The position numbers and the translations under genes were made by a program. A DNA stretch of 64,000 nt from the NCBI GenBank assembly GCA_048013815.1, contig CM106585.1, positions 3,286,001 through 3,350,000 of the forward strand, in the 5' to 3' direction. Below the pieces are notes generated by a model that saw nothing but the letters and a program-made list of their open reading frames with translations, was not told the origin of the DNA and searched no databases. Below are positions 19,836 through 32,600 of this stretch, in pieces (position 1 is the first letter of the stretch; each line of letters starts with the position of its first letter). The DNA comes from Setoptus koraiensis. Taxonomy: Eukaryota; Animalia; Arthropoda.

Positions 19836-21416
19836 TTAGATCCCGAGAAATTCAGGTATTTCCGGTATGCTGCAATATAATTTTGCCTCTTGAAGTGCCT
19901 CCCTCAAATGATCGATTAGCTTTCGATTGATCATTCGATGGCCCATCAAATTGTTGCCATTGAGTACCTCTTGGATGCTGCAGCCATCTCCTGAATCCCC
20001 ATCTTCCTCCAACAGCAGCATTAGCTTGTAGGCGCCCGTATATTTGAGTCCAGATTCCATAAGACCCAGAGCATCGATCGTTTTCAGTTTGCATCTGATC
20101 ACGGCCAATTGTGCCTCGTTGATGGTATCCCTAGAGCAACACTCAAATTGGTTGCAAAAGCAATAATTGAACAAGATGGACAATTTGTACATGAAATGTT
20201 TTTTCGTATACAATGTCCACAATTTAATGAGATACTGCTCGCCAAACCTAACAGATATTGTTTGGTTTGTGGACAGGCGTGCTATCGGACCCTCGCAAAT
20301 AAAATCGAAATGTCCATCGCATTCGTGATTGTACAAACTGTTCATGTCGACATATTCAAAGAATTCATCCAGACCAAATGCAACTACTTCAACATGATAA
20401 TTGTTGTCTCTGGACTGACGCTGAGCTTGGTCATTGAAAATGTTGCAATCGGGTGGCGGAGAGAATAAATCTATGGAGTCCATGCAGATAATCGAATGAC
20501 ATAAAATCAAGTCCAGCTCGTAGAGGTCGTAATGGCGGCCCAGTATCTCCATGAATGTATTCTTGTAAGCTTGTATCTGCAGTATTTGTTGGTCGTAATT
20601 CATTCGTTTGCAATCTCTAATCTCGTTGAAGCGTTTGTATCGACGCAAAAAGGTCTCCAATGTCCACTGATATCGCTTGAATAAATAGAACGTCTCACTC
20701 TTTTGATCGTCTGCTGCCTCCTCCTCCTGGGATTGGAACGAAAGCTCTGATTTTGAAGATTGTGACGATTGCGAGGATTGCGAAGACATCAACGACGACG
20801 AGTAGCTACAAACCGAATCATCCTCGTAGTCGACGTCTCCATATGTCCTTTCTGGCGTCTCCAACTTGGGTCGATACTGACGCGTAAACATTTCCGGTTG
20901 CTTGTTGGCCACACTAATGTGACTATCAAACTCCAACGATTGACGCAGAAAATAATAAAGTCTAGCCAATAGGCGCAACATCCCGCCATGATGATCGTCG
21001 CCGAACAGCAATAGCTTGCCAGTGTTTATATCGCGACAGTAGAGTCGGCATTCGGACTTATGGACCAATTTCCAGTCGAGAGAACGACATTCTAGGCTAC
21101 AATAGTACAATTGCAAACAATGTTGACATCGACATTGGTGGTCAGTTAGCACGACCTTTATGCGTTTTTTACCTCCAGGATAATGTTTTTGTCGTTGGCT
21201 TTGCTTGTGTGTCGTTGTTATCAGTTCTTTCATGCAATGCGAACAATATTTCAGCCTCGTCTCCGAACTGTTCATTGTGAACAACTTGAAATTCTTCAAT
21301 TTGCGTCTTTGTTTTTTCGCCATATTCAACTGTTCCAGTAGGTGATAATCTAATTGGTCGATAATCTGCACACTATTGTCACAACTGTTGGAACTTTCAA
21401 AATATCCGTCGTCCAT
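19836..21416 (-). CDS. MYND zinc-finger protein with degenerate SET/post-SET region (SMYD-like), 526 aa, intronless
   Basis: CSHC...CQHCLQLYYCSLECRSLDWKLVHKSEC is a MYND finger. NSLYNHEC...GEQYLIKL...YCFCNQFECC resembles the SMYD pattern NHSC...GEEL.I.Y...YCF.C.C..C. First ATG at 21416. Confidence 0.75.
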   Translation of the reverse strand: MDDGYFESSNSCDNSVQIIDQLDYHLLEQLNMAKKQRRKLKNFKLFTMNSSETRLKYCSHCMKELITTTHKQSQRQKHYPGGKKRIKVVLTDHQCRCQHCLQLYYCSLECRSLDWKLVHKSECRLYCRDINTGKLLLFGDDHHGGMLRLLARLYYFLRQSLEFDSHISVANKQPEMFTRQYRPKLETPERTYGDVDYEDDSVCSYSSSLMSSQSSQSSQSSKSELSFQSQEEEAADDQKSETFYLFKRYQWTLETFLRRYKRFNEIRDCKRMNYDQQILQIQAYKNTFMEILGRHYDLYELDLILCHSIICMDSIDLFSPPPDCNIFNDQAQRQSRDNNYHVEVVAFGLDEFFEYVDMNSLYNHECDGHFDFICEGPIARLSTNQTISVRFGEQYLIKLWTLYTKKHFMYKLSILFNYCFCNQFECCSRDTINEAQLAVIRCKLKTIDALGLMESGLKYTGAYKLMLLLEEDGDSGDGCSIQEVLNGNNLMGHRMINRKLIDHLREALQEAKLYCSIPEIPEFLGI

Positions 21417-22359
21417 CAAACTCGTTGATTATGTCTATTATAATTTTAATTATATAATGGTAATTGCATAATCTTGTACCGTAAAAGTTTGTGGTTTGTG
21501 AATGTGACCGAGCCGACATGCAGATTAGACTGAATTGGGTTCTGCTCATTGATGTCAAAGAAGCGCCAGCAATCGCGCGACAAAGAAACGAAGACAAACC
21601 TATAATCCAGATTGCACAAGAACAGTGGAAATTGTCAGAAAATGGCTATTTAAACTTTAAAGCACCGGGACGCTTCTTTCTTCGATGTTTAACACTGCCA
21701 GGGTCCCTTTAAAAGCCCGCTTCGACAGACACGTGCTACATTGTTGTTATGATGACTAATGAAAATTAGCTTTGGTCACTTGGGCCAATACGCACGTAAG
21801 AGTTACGAGACGTCTGCAATAATCACCGGCGCCAGCACACTACACTAGCTAGATTCTAGAACTAACACCAAGAACTACACGGCGCAATTATTCCTAGTTA
21901 TGCAAATGCTATCAGCATACTTTCAATGCACTGAAAGAATCTACTGAATGACGGCCCTCTGTTCAGCCTGATAGTGATCGAAATGGTGTGAACAAGGTGA
22001 GAACAGAACGCATTCAAACAGTCGAGAGATCGGCCCCCGAATGAACAGGATTGTCTGAATGCTGCAATTCAAGCGGACTTTCGACAGAGCTACAAATATA
22101 TCAAAGTACGTAATAAAAGCCAAGTATGAATACCAAGCCAAGTAAGTGAGCTGGCAACATTATAAGATACCAAGTTAGAAGGTGTTTTGATCGAGTTAGT
22201 TTATTGTATATCCACTCATACATTGTCGCGTCGATTGATATTGATCAATTATTGCTCAATTGAATTTTTTCATTATAATATTGTTGTCATTATTTGACAA
22301 TTGATTTCATCTACTTGTATGGGCTGTGATCAGGAGCAGAGACAGTTTAGAACGCGAAT

Positions 22360-25149
22360 CTATTCGAGATCCACAGCGAGTGCATGATGCTGCTGCTGAT
22401 GTGAAAAAAGCGGATTGTGCCTAAAGTAATCTGGATTTATCAGAGTCGAGTGACGCGGACTGACGTGATAAACAATGGGACTCTGTTTAATTGTTTGCCT
22501 TGCCTCCAGAGCCAATTGTTGTTTGCCCGACCTATGTCGTTGTCTACTGGTCGCCGGACTGCTCAACTCTTGCTGCTTGCGCTGCTGTGGTTGCAACGTT
22601 AATGGGGCCGATTTGCGTGGCCCGAATGCCGACTGTGAAGGAAGAGTCTTGGTAGCTTGGCCTGATGCTGCGTTTAATTGCATTGATTTTGATGTCTTTA
22701 ATTTCAGTTTTGGCTTATTATCCGGTGCGTTCGCCTGGAGAAGCATGAAGGGTCCGTTAATGTGATGTTCCTGTTGCAATTGCTGTAATGATGGCGGTGC
22801 TTGTTGTTGCTGCTGCTGTTGATGATAAAAGCCATTTGAGTTAGTGAATTCATTCATTACGGGATTATATGCTGCATTTGTTTGCTGCAACTGCTGGTGA
22901 GGCGATGATTCAACCAATTGAGCTGCCACCTCGGCCACTGCTTGCGCCTCTATCTGTTGCTGGCGATGATTTAAATGTTGATTTAAATTAACAGGATAAA
23001 CGGGATATGATGCGAATTGTTCAGGCGAACCGGAAGTGGCATCCAATGAGTAATAGTGTGCTTGGAATGGACTGGTGCGGTGCAATGCGTTGTTATTGGC
23101 GTATTGAGAAAACAGTTTCTGTATCGGATGCTGTTGTGACAAGCTCGCTGGTTGCTGTTGGAAAGATGGTTCGCCCAAATATTGGCCTGGCTCTTGTTGT
23201 CTGGCCTGCGTTGGGAACGTCTCGTAAGTTGCATATTGTTTGTTGTTGTAACTGTGCTGCTGCTGCTGTTGCGTTGGATTGGGCCCCTGGACGTTGCTTA
23301 ATCTGGGGTAATATCTTAGAGTTTGTGGTGGCTGTTGTTGTGATGGTGGCAAGAAGTGATTGCTTGAGTCGAGTGTCGCCGAATACAATTGATTGTTGTT
23401 GGCTGTTGTAGCCGGCTGGTAGTTGGCCGAAAGTAATCGCTGTATTGAGTCATAATTGAATAATAACGGTATAAATGGGGGCCCATTCAAGGGTATATTG
23501 TGCGCTGATGGCTGAGCTTGACCGTACGTTGATGCAGCAACCTGGTTAGTTCGGGTTTGCAACACTCCATTCTGATCTTGTGTCGTTGTTGTGTTAGTTG
23601 TTGTTTGGTTTTGTTTGCCCAAATCTTCAACTAAATCAATTTTCACCGGCCCATATGGTTGTCTGGTGTAGTGGACAAGTTTGTAACGTTGGTCGTAACT
23701 TACATAAGTGAAACGACCCTTAATTGTTCCATTTTTAAATGTGGTCTCCTCTCTGAACACTTTTTGCAGTTCCTCTTTGTTGTTGGTGGGAAAAAAGTTG
23801 CACTTGTTGCTGTCGTCGTTTCTGTCAATATCTTTGTCTTTGTTATTGGGTTGCAGTGTTGTCGTCGTTTGATTATTATTTGTTAATTCATTTGTTGTTG
23901 TAGTGGTTGTCTTATTGCTATCTATTGTTGTTTCATTTTTGGGTTGTTGCGTTACCATGTTGCTTGATACTATTAATGCGTTGTCCACCGCTGGCTTGAC
24001 AACTGTTGTCACTTTCTCCACTAGCATAGTGGCCACGGTGGTGCTATTTAATAGCGGTGCAACAGTTGTTGGCAGCTCCGATGCTGTCGTTGTTTGCATT
24101 GTTGTCGTTGTGGTTGTTGTTGTCATGGGTGGTGGTGGAGGTGTTACAGTTTGTGTGGTTGTAGTGATTGTCGTTGTTGCTGCCAGTGTTGTTGGTGCCG
24201 GAGTTGTGCTTGTTGTGATTGTCACGGGTGGTGGCATTGTTGTTGGTGGTGCTGGAGTAGTAGTTGTAGTTGTTGTTGTTGGCGCTTCGGTTGATGCCAG
24301 GGTGGTTGCAGCCTCAGTTGTTGTCGTAGTTGTTGCCTCAGTTGTTGTTGTGGTGGTTGCCGCCAAGGTAGTTGGCGGTGCTAGAGTAGTGGGTGCCGAG
24401 CTTGTTGTTGTTGGTGCTAGTGTGGTGGTTGTTGTTGTGGTTGGCGCCAATGAGCTCATCGACAGCTCAGTTGTTGTCGGTTGTTGGATATCTGACGCAG
24501 CTTGTGTCGAGCTCAATGATGACAGCGAATCTGGTCCATCTGTCGACGACAATGTACTAGTTGTTGCCGCTTGGTCCATTAAGGCGCTAGTAATTAGTGA
24601 TTCTGTGGACAGGCCGGCGCTGCTCTCCGCTGTTGTCAATACCGGCGGTTCCTTCAATGGATTATCTTTTTGCATGTCTTGGGGCCTGTCTTGCATATGA
24701 TCTAAGAAGGTTGAGGGCGTTGTGGACTGCTCATTCTGCTGTTGTTGTTGCTGCTGCTGCTGTTGTTGTTGTTGTTGCTGCTGTTGTTGTTGCTGTTGTT
24801 GCAAGTTTTGACCCATTGATGGCATTCCAAAGATGGGAGTCACAGGCTCATAGGGACTCTTCGCCACCTCAAGAGCATCGGTCAATTTCGGCACATCCTC
24901 CGCGGGTATCACCTCACGTGTATTTTTGGGTTGTTTTTGGCCGGTGGGCGCTGCATCATTTCCTCTTGTCGCAACGTCAATTAGGATAATCGCCAAGACA
25001 ACGATGACGTGGGTGTAGGTGGCAAACTGCTCATTGTCGACAAACGCACACACACACAAGAATTTCGCTTTATATTGGGTATAAAAATTGGGAAAATATC
25101 GCTAGAGAATTTAGGCTCGATTGGGTGACTCACTTACCTTGGATTTCAT
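22360..25149 (-). CDS. Secreted mucin-like/cuticular protein with Thr/Pro tract, polyQ and a Rebers-Riddiford-like segment; join(22360..25026,25138..25149), 892 aa
   Basis: 12-nt first exon ATGAAATCCAAG|GTAAGT splices in frame to CAG|TTTGCC, giving the signal-like MKSKFATYTHVIVVLAIILIDVATRG. EETTFKNGTIKGRFTYVSYDQRYKLVHYT (about 23641-23755) resembles G...G.Y.Y...DG....V.Y. Confidence 0.7.
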
Positions 25150-26578
25150 CTTGAACGTATAATGTGAACGTATATGATATTTCGTGCGACAAAAACTTTG
25201 GCTTGCACCTATTTCAGACCAATTTTCGATGAACTACAATTATTTGTTGTTGATTTTAAACGTGATGTGCCCACTATGTTCACTGGAGGCTCTGTGACGC
25301 AATTGGAGAGAGTGATGAACAGCGAAAAGAGATGATACGATGATGAAACAAACAGAGACTTTGCTGATAATCTAACGCTGGCCAGCTAGACAGGCGCCAG
25401 AGCTACAATAATGGCGAGACTTTTCACACGAAGACGAGTGGTCAGTAGACAAAGTCAGGTGAGTGGTGGCAAAAGTGAGCGATAATAGCGATCGGGAATA
25501 GCAAAGTTATTATCATTCAAGGTCAGTCAGGCGCTATCTGTTGTTTGTCTGCCACTAATACCGATATAATGGTCAGTTGTTAAAATTAACACCATCTCAG
25601 TTGAGTGCAACTTTCTCTCTGCTTATAATGCTGATGCTTAAACGCTAGTATTACGCAACAGTGAACAGGTGAATTTATCGCACTAACAATAACACTAACA
25701 CCAATACTAATGCTTATAATAAAATAAAATAACTGCCGCTGATCGTCGCTGTTAGTCAAGCTATACTTTGTGAAGCTCCACTAACGATGGAAAGCGACTG
25801 CGATGCTGATTTACACAACATGCAAGATGATGCAACATGAGTGTGTATGCTGGAACATAAATAATAAATAAAGTGACCAGTCTATGATTTCTGTTTTCTT
25901 GGTAGTGCGCGTGGAATTGGTCACTAACTCTCAATCTGGTCAATAATACCGATAATACAGTACAAAGTTGTTGTTGTTGTTGTTGCTGGTGTTGCTGGTG
26001 TTGCTGGTGTTGTTGTTGCTGGTGTTGCGTAACTCTGAGACTGACTGTTCAGTGTTTATGATCCTACACACAGCAGGACGGGCGAGCAAAGAACACTTGG
26101 TTGACCACCACTTGTCGATAAGCTCTACTTCCTCCTCGTATCTCGGCCTCACTGTTCCAGTGGTGCCAAAATGCGAAAAATGATTTATTAGCGCACACAG
26201 GTGAGTAGCACAGGTAAATAGATGCACGTTGGCATGCTGTTGGCTTGGGCAGTTGCAATTCGGCGCGCCGTTTGTGGAGTGGCTCGAAAGAACCTCGAAG
26301 AAGCCGCTTGAGCTAGCTGGACAAGGTCACTCACGATCGTTGCTACTATTATGAAACTGGCCAAATTTTATTGTATATATTCTTAGATATTGCTTAGGTA
26401 TTGCTCACAAAACATCTACATCGCTCGCAATTTCACTTTTGCTTTTGTCGTTGTGTGATGGGCACCATCGAAGAGTCAACTCATTCTCGCTGTGTGTGTT
26501 CCAAGTTCACCTGTGTGTCACGTCACACCGACAGATAAAGATGAGTAGCTATTGTTGTGGTTGTTGCTGTTGTGATAG

Positions 26579-26643
26579 TTGTCGTGGTTGTTGTCGTGGT
26601 TGTTGTCGTGGTTGTTGTCGTGGTTGTTGTCGTGGTTGTCGTA
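26579..26643. repeat. 12-bp minisatellite (gtcgtggttgtt), about 5 copies
   Basis: Copies at 26581, 26593, 26605, 26617 and 26629. Confidence 0.9.
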
Positions 26644-29631
26644 GTTGTTGTTGTGGGCTCGTCTCGAGATAATCATATATGTCTAGATATGCAAATATTG
26701 CTTGAGAGTGATTAAGTGAGTGACACTGGCAAAGAACGCGGATGTTTTGTGGGATCGGATTGCAATTGGAAGCCACGCACTCACGACAATCGGTTGCGAA
26801 AAGAAACTTCTAAAACTAAGAGCTCGCGTTTCTTGTCACACTGGGCTCGAATTGGTTCGATCATAGTCAACCACCACCGCAACCACAACAACAAGCCGAG
26901 CTATTTTTCAATGAATGGGTGCCGTGATTATCATTATGATTGTTGCCTATTATATTCAAGTGCACAAAGTGCGATAAACAGCGCTTATTATGATTGACTA
27001 TCTAATCATCACTTACCTTTCGTTCGTGTCACTTGTTGCTTGCACAGATGAACCTGTCTTGTCAGATATACAATAATTGCAACTTTCGATTCTTTTCTTC
27101 TATTATCTCGGCTGCTGTCAGCTCGCCTAGGCTGGGCTCGCCTACTTCTGATCTTGTGCCTCTGATCGTTCAGCCTGCCAGTTGTCTGCTGATTTCGAGT
27201 CACTTGATCTCTGTTTGCCTCAATATCAATCTATCTGTTCTTGTGTTTATTTCTATATTTTATTACTGGCGTTCTCGTTCGTTCGCTCGTTCGTTAGCTC
27301 GTTCGTTCGCTGGTTCGTTCGTTAGTTTGTTCGTTCGTTCGTCATCGATTGTCGCCACTGCTCAGCACTATGCGCCTTGTCAGAGAGTTACGTGAGCAAC
27401 GAAGCCGAAAAGAAGAGTGAACACATAGTTATCAACAGGTATCAACAGGCAGCCGTCATATGACGGAATAGGCATGGGCAATGGCATGCACTAGAAATAG
27501 CTAGCCCATAGAAACCAATTCCAATTCCAATCGCGAATAGCTAATAATTAAATAACTCCACAAGCCAGAGAGCCGAAGAGCCAAAGAGCCAAAGAGAATT
27601 GCGCAATTGCTGACAAGATAGTCTATGGATGAATGACGAGAAATGATGGAATTAGCATTTGTACAACAAATAATAATCGCGGCCATGCGGCAGTCAGAAG
27701 TCAGGCGAGGCAACGCCACTGACAATATGAGTTAACTTGGCTAAATTAGTTATGCCAGTGAGTAAGTTGCCATGGCGAGTGGTGCAAGTTGCCGAAAAGT
27801 TGCAAGGCAACATAAAATAAGATAAAATGAAATGAAATAAAATGAGATAAAGCCGAATAAAATGAAGTGAAATGCAGCCTTCTCTCCGGTTGCACTTTCC
27901 ATGAATTCGCCGGGTTCAATTGCAGCTTGTTCCAGGTGACAATCGCAAATCGTACAATTGTAGCACATAGACAGGATATGTTACGAGCGCACAATCTCGA
28001 GATTGTTGGATTCAGGTGGAAAGTGATGTAGCCGCTCGGCATCGGCTTGATTTGTGCACTGATAAAGGTGTCGGCGAGCCGAGCCGAGTTTAGCGAACTC
28101 GCCTTGAACTTGCCTGGCATGTGCGACTCCCCACCAACCGACAAACAAACAAACAAACCCACGAACGATGCCAATAACGAATGTGTAATTAGTGTAATTC
28201 TCCGATGATAGCGAAATGGTCTCGACAAATTCAAACAAAATCAAGATCAATGGCCCAGCTGAGAAGGATTGAGCCGCCGAGAGCTGAGAGAAGAATTTTC
28301 CAGCACCACTGATTCCCAGACAATTAGTATCGTTAGCGATGCTTTCGGCCGAGCTATAAATAGCAGTGCCCAATTCTCAGTCAGTTCGTCACCAAGACGC
28401 GGCCGTACGACCGTGATGCCAGACGGCGCTCATGCTGATTAGCTGGCCGATAATAAACAAATAAATGATTGTAGTATGATTTTTATGACCACCACACACT
28501 ACACACATTGTCACTTCCTATTTATGGCTAGTGGATACACGCCTGCCAATTGCAGCCTCACAGATAAACCGCTGATAAACAAATTACAACCTTTTCATTT
28601 TCAATCTCTCCAACTCTCAAATCTCAGCACACTCACGCTTGAGTTGCGCTGTCGATCTGATTAATTAATTAATTTGAACAAGGGTGAACTTTGAGAAGTG
28701 AGAGGTCGTCGGGGCAACGGACGTCGCTCGTCACAAGCGAAATAAAACCATTTATAGCTCTTGCAATGAAACCCATGATAATTGTAGTATGATTGAAGAT
28801 ATTCAAATCACCAATGTATCAGCCAGCGAACGGCCTGACAAAAAGCAGCAGCTAGTCACAAATCGGCCAGACCCACGTCTCGGCAGCATATTGGATCTAA
28901 GAGATGATGAGCTACACAAGTCGCCTATTCCGTCGTCACGAGACTTTCCCTCGGAGTTGTTGGCATTTTGTGTTTGCATCGGCGCAAATCGCACAATAAT
29001 GGCGAACAAAGAGAATAATACCAATAAAAAGTCCTCAATGACAGTCATGACGGATAGATTGATCTCATTGATGACAAAAGCATGAGGTACCATTTTTTTA
29101 TGCTTCTCATCAGCGATCGTTTTGTTCTTGTTCTTTCGAACAAAGCCATAACGAGTGCCATCAGCAAAACTGTGATTTCCAAACTTAATGATTGAATCTC
29201 GATTGATTTTCCCCCTAAAAGGTGAAATTCAATAGTTAAAGCTCGATCATAACGGCTGAGTCATGTGAGATATAGGTATTTAGTAAAAGTGTTAGGGATG
29301 GCGACCGACCGTTAGCCAGATGATGGTAGTGAAATGGCGCCAACGAAAACGGTAAACTTTGCTTTCCACTAACAGGTCATCAACAACCCCAGCACAATGC
29401 CACGACTCAGCATACTTGACCAACAAGCAAGTATAGAATGTTTTAATAAGGATTATAGCGCGTCATGTAATGATTGTGAGATGTACAGATTTTTATAAAA
29501 TATAATAATAAAATACAATAAAGATAACAAACAACATACAAGAGTGGTAAATAAGGGGCGCCTTATAATTGGCGCAATTATAACAAGTGATTGCGGACGT
29601 ATTTACATAGGTAGTGGTCGACTTGTAGAGA

Positions 29632-32600
29632 TCAACTTGTATCAAAAGGTCTGTTCATTAGACCACTATTATGACCGATTATGCCCTTCGATATTGGCTG
29701 TATTATGGTCTTGTGTGTATGAATAGATTTTAAATTATTGCTACCATTTGTTGTGGTTGATGTAGCCATTGTCGAGTTTGTCGATTGTATTGATGCTGTG
29801 GTTGTTGCGCCGTGCAAAACGCACGTCTGGCGCGGCTGCGTGGGCGGCTTATAATGATCTCTAAAATTATTATTATTATTATTACTATTGCTATTACCGT
29901 TATTATTGTTATTATTATTACTAATGTTATTGTTAACGTTACTATTGTTATTGTTGCTATTATTACTAATTTTATTGATAGAGTTGATGCTGTTTCTATT
30001 TTGGCTACTTCCGTTGACACCATTCAATTTTGGACTGCCCGGCAGAGATTTTATAGATATTAGATTCTTTGCTTGACCTAAATTAGATTGAGCTATTGTC
30101 TGTGATTGGTGATTGAGGGGCGCAAATGTTGACACCGATGCACTTGATTGGCTTGTTTTCAACGATGTGTTAACACCGTTAGCGGGATTAGACAATATTT
30201 GCTCGTCCGATCGACGCAGCGCCGACAACGGCCTGAAGCAACTTCTCACATTGGCATTGGCATCGGTTGCTGTGGTTGTTGTCGGCGACAACATATTTGA
30301 CGTGCGCGTAAAATTTGCTCCAGATATCGACGGTCTAGACAGATTGAGTCTGGGCCTTTTGGTGAGTCTTCCAGCGCGACTGCCGGTTTTTCTCAGGAAT
30401 CTGTGTATGAGGAAACCTGTATGGAAATCAATTGAATTGGCACACAAATTAGATAATAGATTAGATCACGATCAAACAACAACGATTATATTGATTGTTA
30501 CCAGCGCTTGCAAATTAGCTAATTGTGCCAATTAAATCAACTAATTAGTTACTCTGGTTACAGTTAGTATTAACACGTTATCTCACCTGTGAGCGTCAGA
30601 AATGACAAAAACGAGAATAAAGTTATTAGGAATATACTGAATCCGCTCAGTCCATTTGACTCGGTGTCCTCTATGTCCAGCGACGACACAATTTTGTTGT
30701 TGTTGTTGGCGAATTGTTGCTTTGGTTTGTTGGTTGCATTGGTGTCGTTATTGTTGTTGTTGTTGTTGTTGCTGTTGTAGCCGGGATATTTGTCTAAATT
30801 GAAGCCATTCTTAATTGCACTATCGGCGTTATTCTTACTGGAATTGGTCACTTGATTAACTGCTTGCGCCGCTGATGAGTCGTGATTGCCGGGTTGCAGC
30901 TTGTTAGTTGGCGCCTGTTTCACCTGTCTTGCCTGATTTGCGTTAATTAATTTTCCATGGGCCAGCGCAACATTAGTATGCTCATCAATGTTCGTGCCGC
31001 CACCGCCGCCGGCAGTGGGAGCAACAATGATATTATGCAAATGATCTGCATTTGTCATGCCAAACGGCACTTGATTGGCGTTGCTGTTGACACCGCCGTA
31101 GTGTGGATGGCGTTTTGGTTGCTGAGCGCGAGCTCGCATGCCATCCGACAGTGTTGTTGGCATATTGTTGCTATTGAACGGTATGGCTGTGGTAGTGGCA
31201 ACATCAAACGGGTGACTGTAGTGATGATGCTGGTTGTTGTTGTTGTTGTGATCGGTATCAGTGTTTGCGTTGTTCATGTAATTAAATATGACCCCACTGT
31301 TGGCTGGGCCCATGTTGAGTCCGTTGGCCAGCGTGGACTGGCCATTGAGGACCTGGCCCGTGGGCAAGTGTGACATTTGGCGCTTGTGTTGCTGATTCAA
31401 ATTGTTTATTTGTCTCAGCAAACTGTAGTTGTGAATGAAGCGCTGATTGTGATGATGTTGCATGGGCGACATCATGGATGGCATATTCATGTATGACAAC
31501 TGGCTACCCGGATCGCCAAACAAATGATGATGGGCCGTGTGCCTAACCGGATTGTTGGTGTTGCCCAGTGGCATGTCGCCCATTTCCTCGAAGGCCTGAC
31601 TGGTCTGTTGTTTGAGTCGCGATTGGTCGGCCTCGTTGCTGCCGTAGGTAGTAGTGCTGGATTGCGCCGGTGAGCTCTGATTTTGGCCATTCATCATCAT
31701 CTGATTGGCCTGTTGCTGCTGATTGGTGAGATCTGGGTTTGAGTTGGCGTTGGCGTTCACATTCACGTTCGAATTGGCAGCGCCCTGCTGCTGCTTGTCG
31801 CCGCCAGGTGAGCTGCTCGACTGCTGATTCGACGGGCCCGTCGCGGCACCAGCGGGCGCTGCAGTGGCCAAAAAAACGCCACCCTGATCTTGCTGATCCA
31901 GCGCCGGATGATGCAAGGACGGTGTCGACTGTTGAGGGGCCAACTGATTGGCGTTGTTGTTGTTGTTGTTGCTGCTGCTGGTTGCTTGCGCTTGATTTGA
32001 TTCACTGTTGAACTTCAGTCCGTACAATTGCTGCTCGCCGGCGCCCTCCTTGCCCGGGCCTCCGATGAAATTCAACTGGGACCCGACAACAATGTCGCTG
32101 TCATTTGCGCTGTTGCCGGCGTGTTGCAGGCCAGCGGGGCCGAGGCTGGCCCCGTTCGCGGCCAGCACGCCAACAGTCGACTGGGCGACATCGTTCGGCT
32201 GAGCGGCGGCGGCAGCGGCTTGCTGCTGATTGGCCTTGCCGGCCAGCATCAGTAGGGCGGCGTGATTCTCGGAATTGCTGAGAGCCTGATTGAATTTTTG
32301 CTGCAACTCGGCCAGTTTTTGCTGTTGCTCCTGAATCAATCGCTGACTTATCAATCGTTTGGCCAGCTCGGTGAAATTGAACTGTCTCATGTCCAATCCG
32401 GGTGGCTGCTGTGGAAGCTGCATGCTGCTCACACTCGGCGAGTATGGCGGCGACAGTGGTGACATAATATTGTTGTTTACATGATGATGGCTGACATTGT
32501 TCGGCCCGCCGGCGCCCTGTGCGTCCATTAAATTTAGCAGGGGGCGCTGTTGTTCAATCAAATTTTGATGGCTTGTCAACAATATTGGAGCGAATTGTTG

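Noticed and set aside
22417-24989. Val/Gly/Ala- and Cys-rich plus-strand ORFs such as 23903-24700
   Set aside because: Antisense reading of ACA/CAA repeats in the mucin-like gene.
27746-29093. ORFs 27746-28234, 27981-28373, 28789-29085 and 28803-29093
   Set aside because: No recognisable motifs and no splice path I could link confidently. They may be exons but are unsupported.
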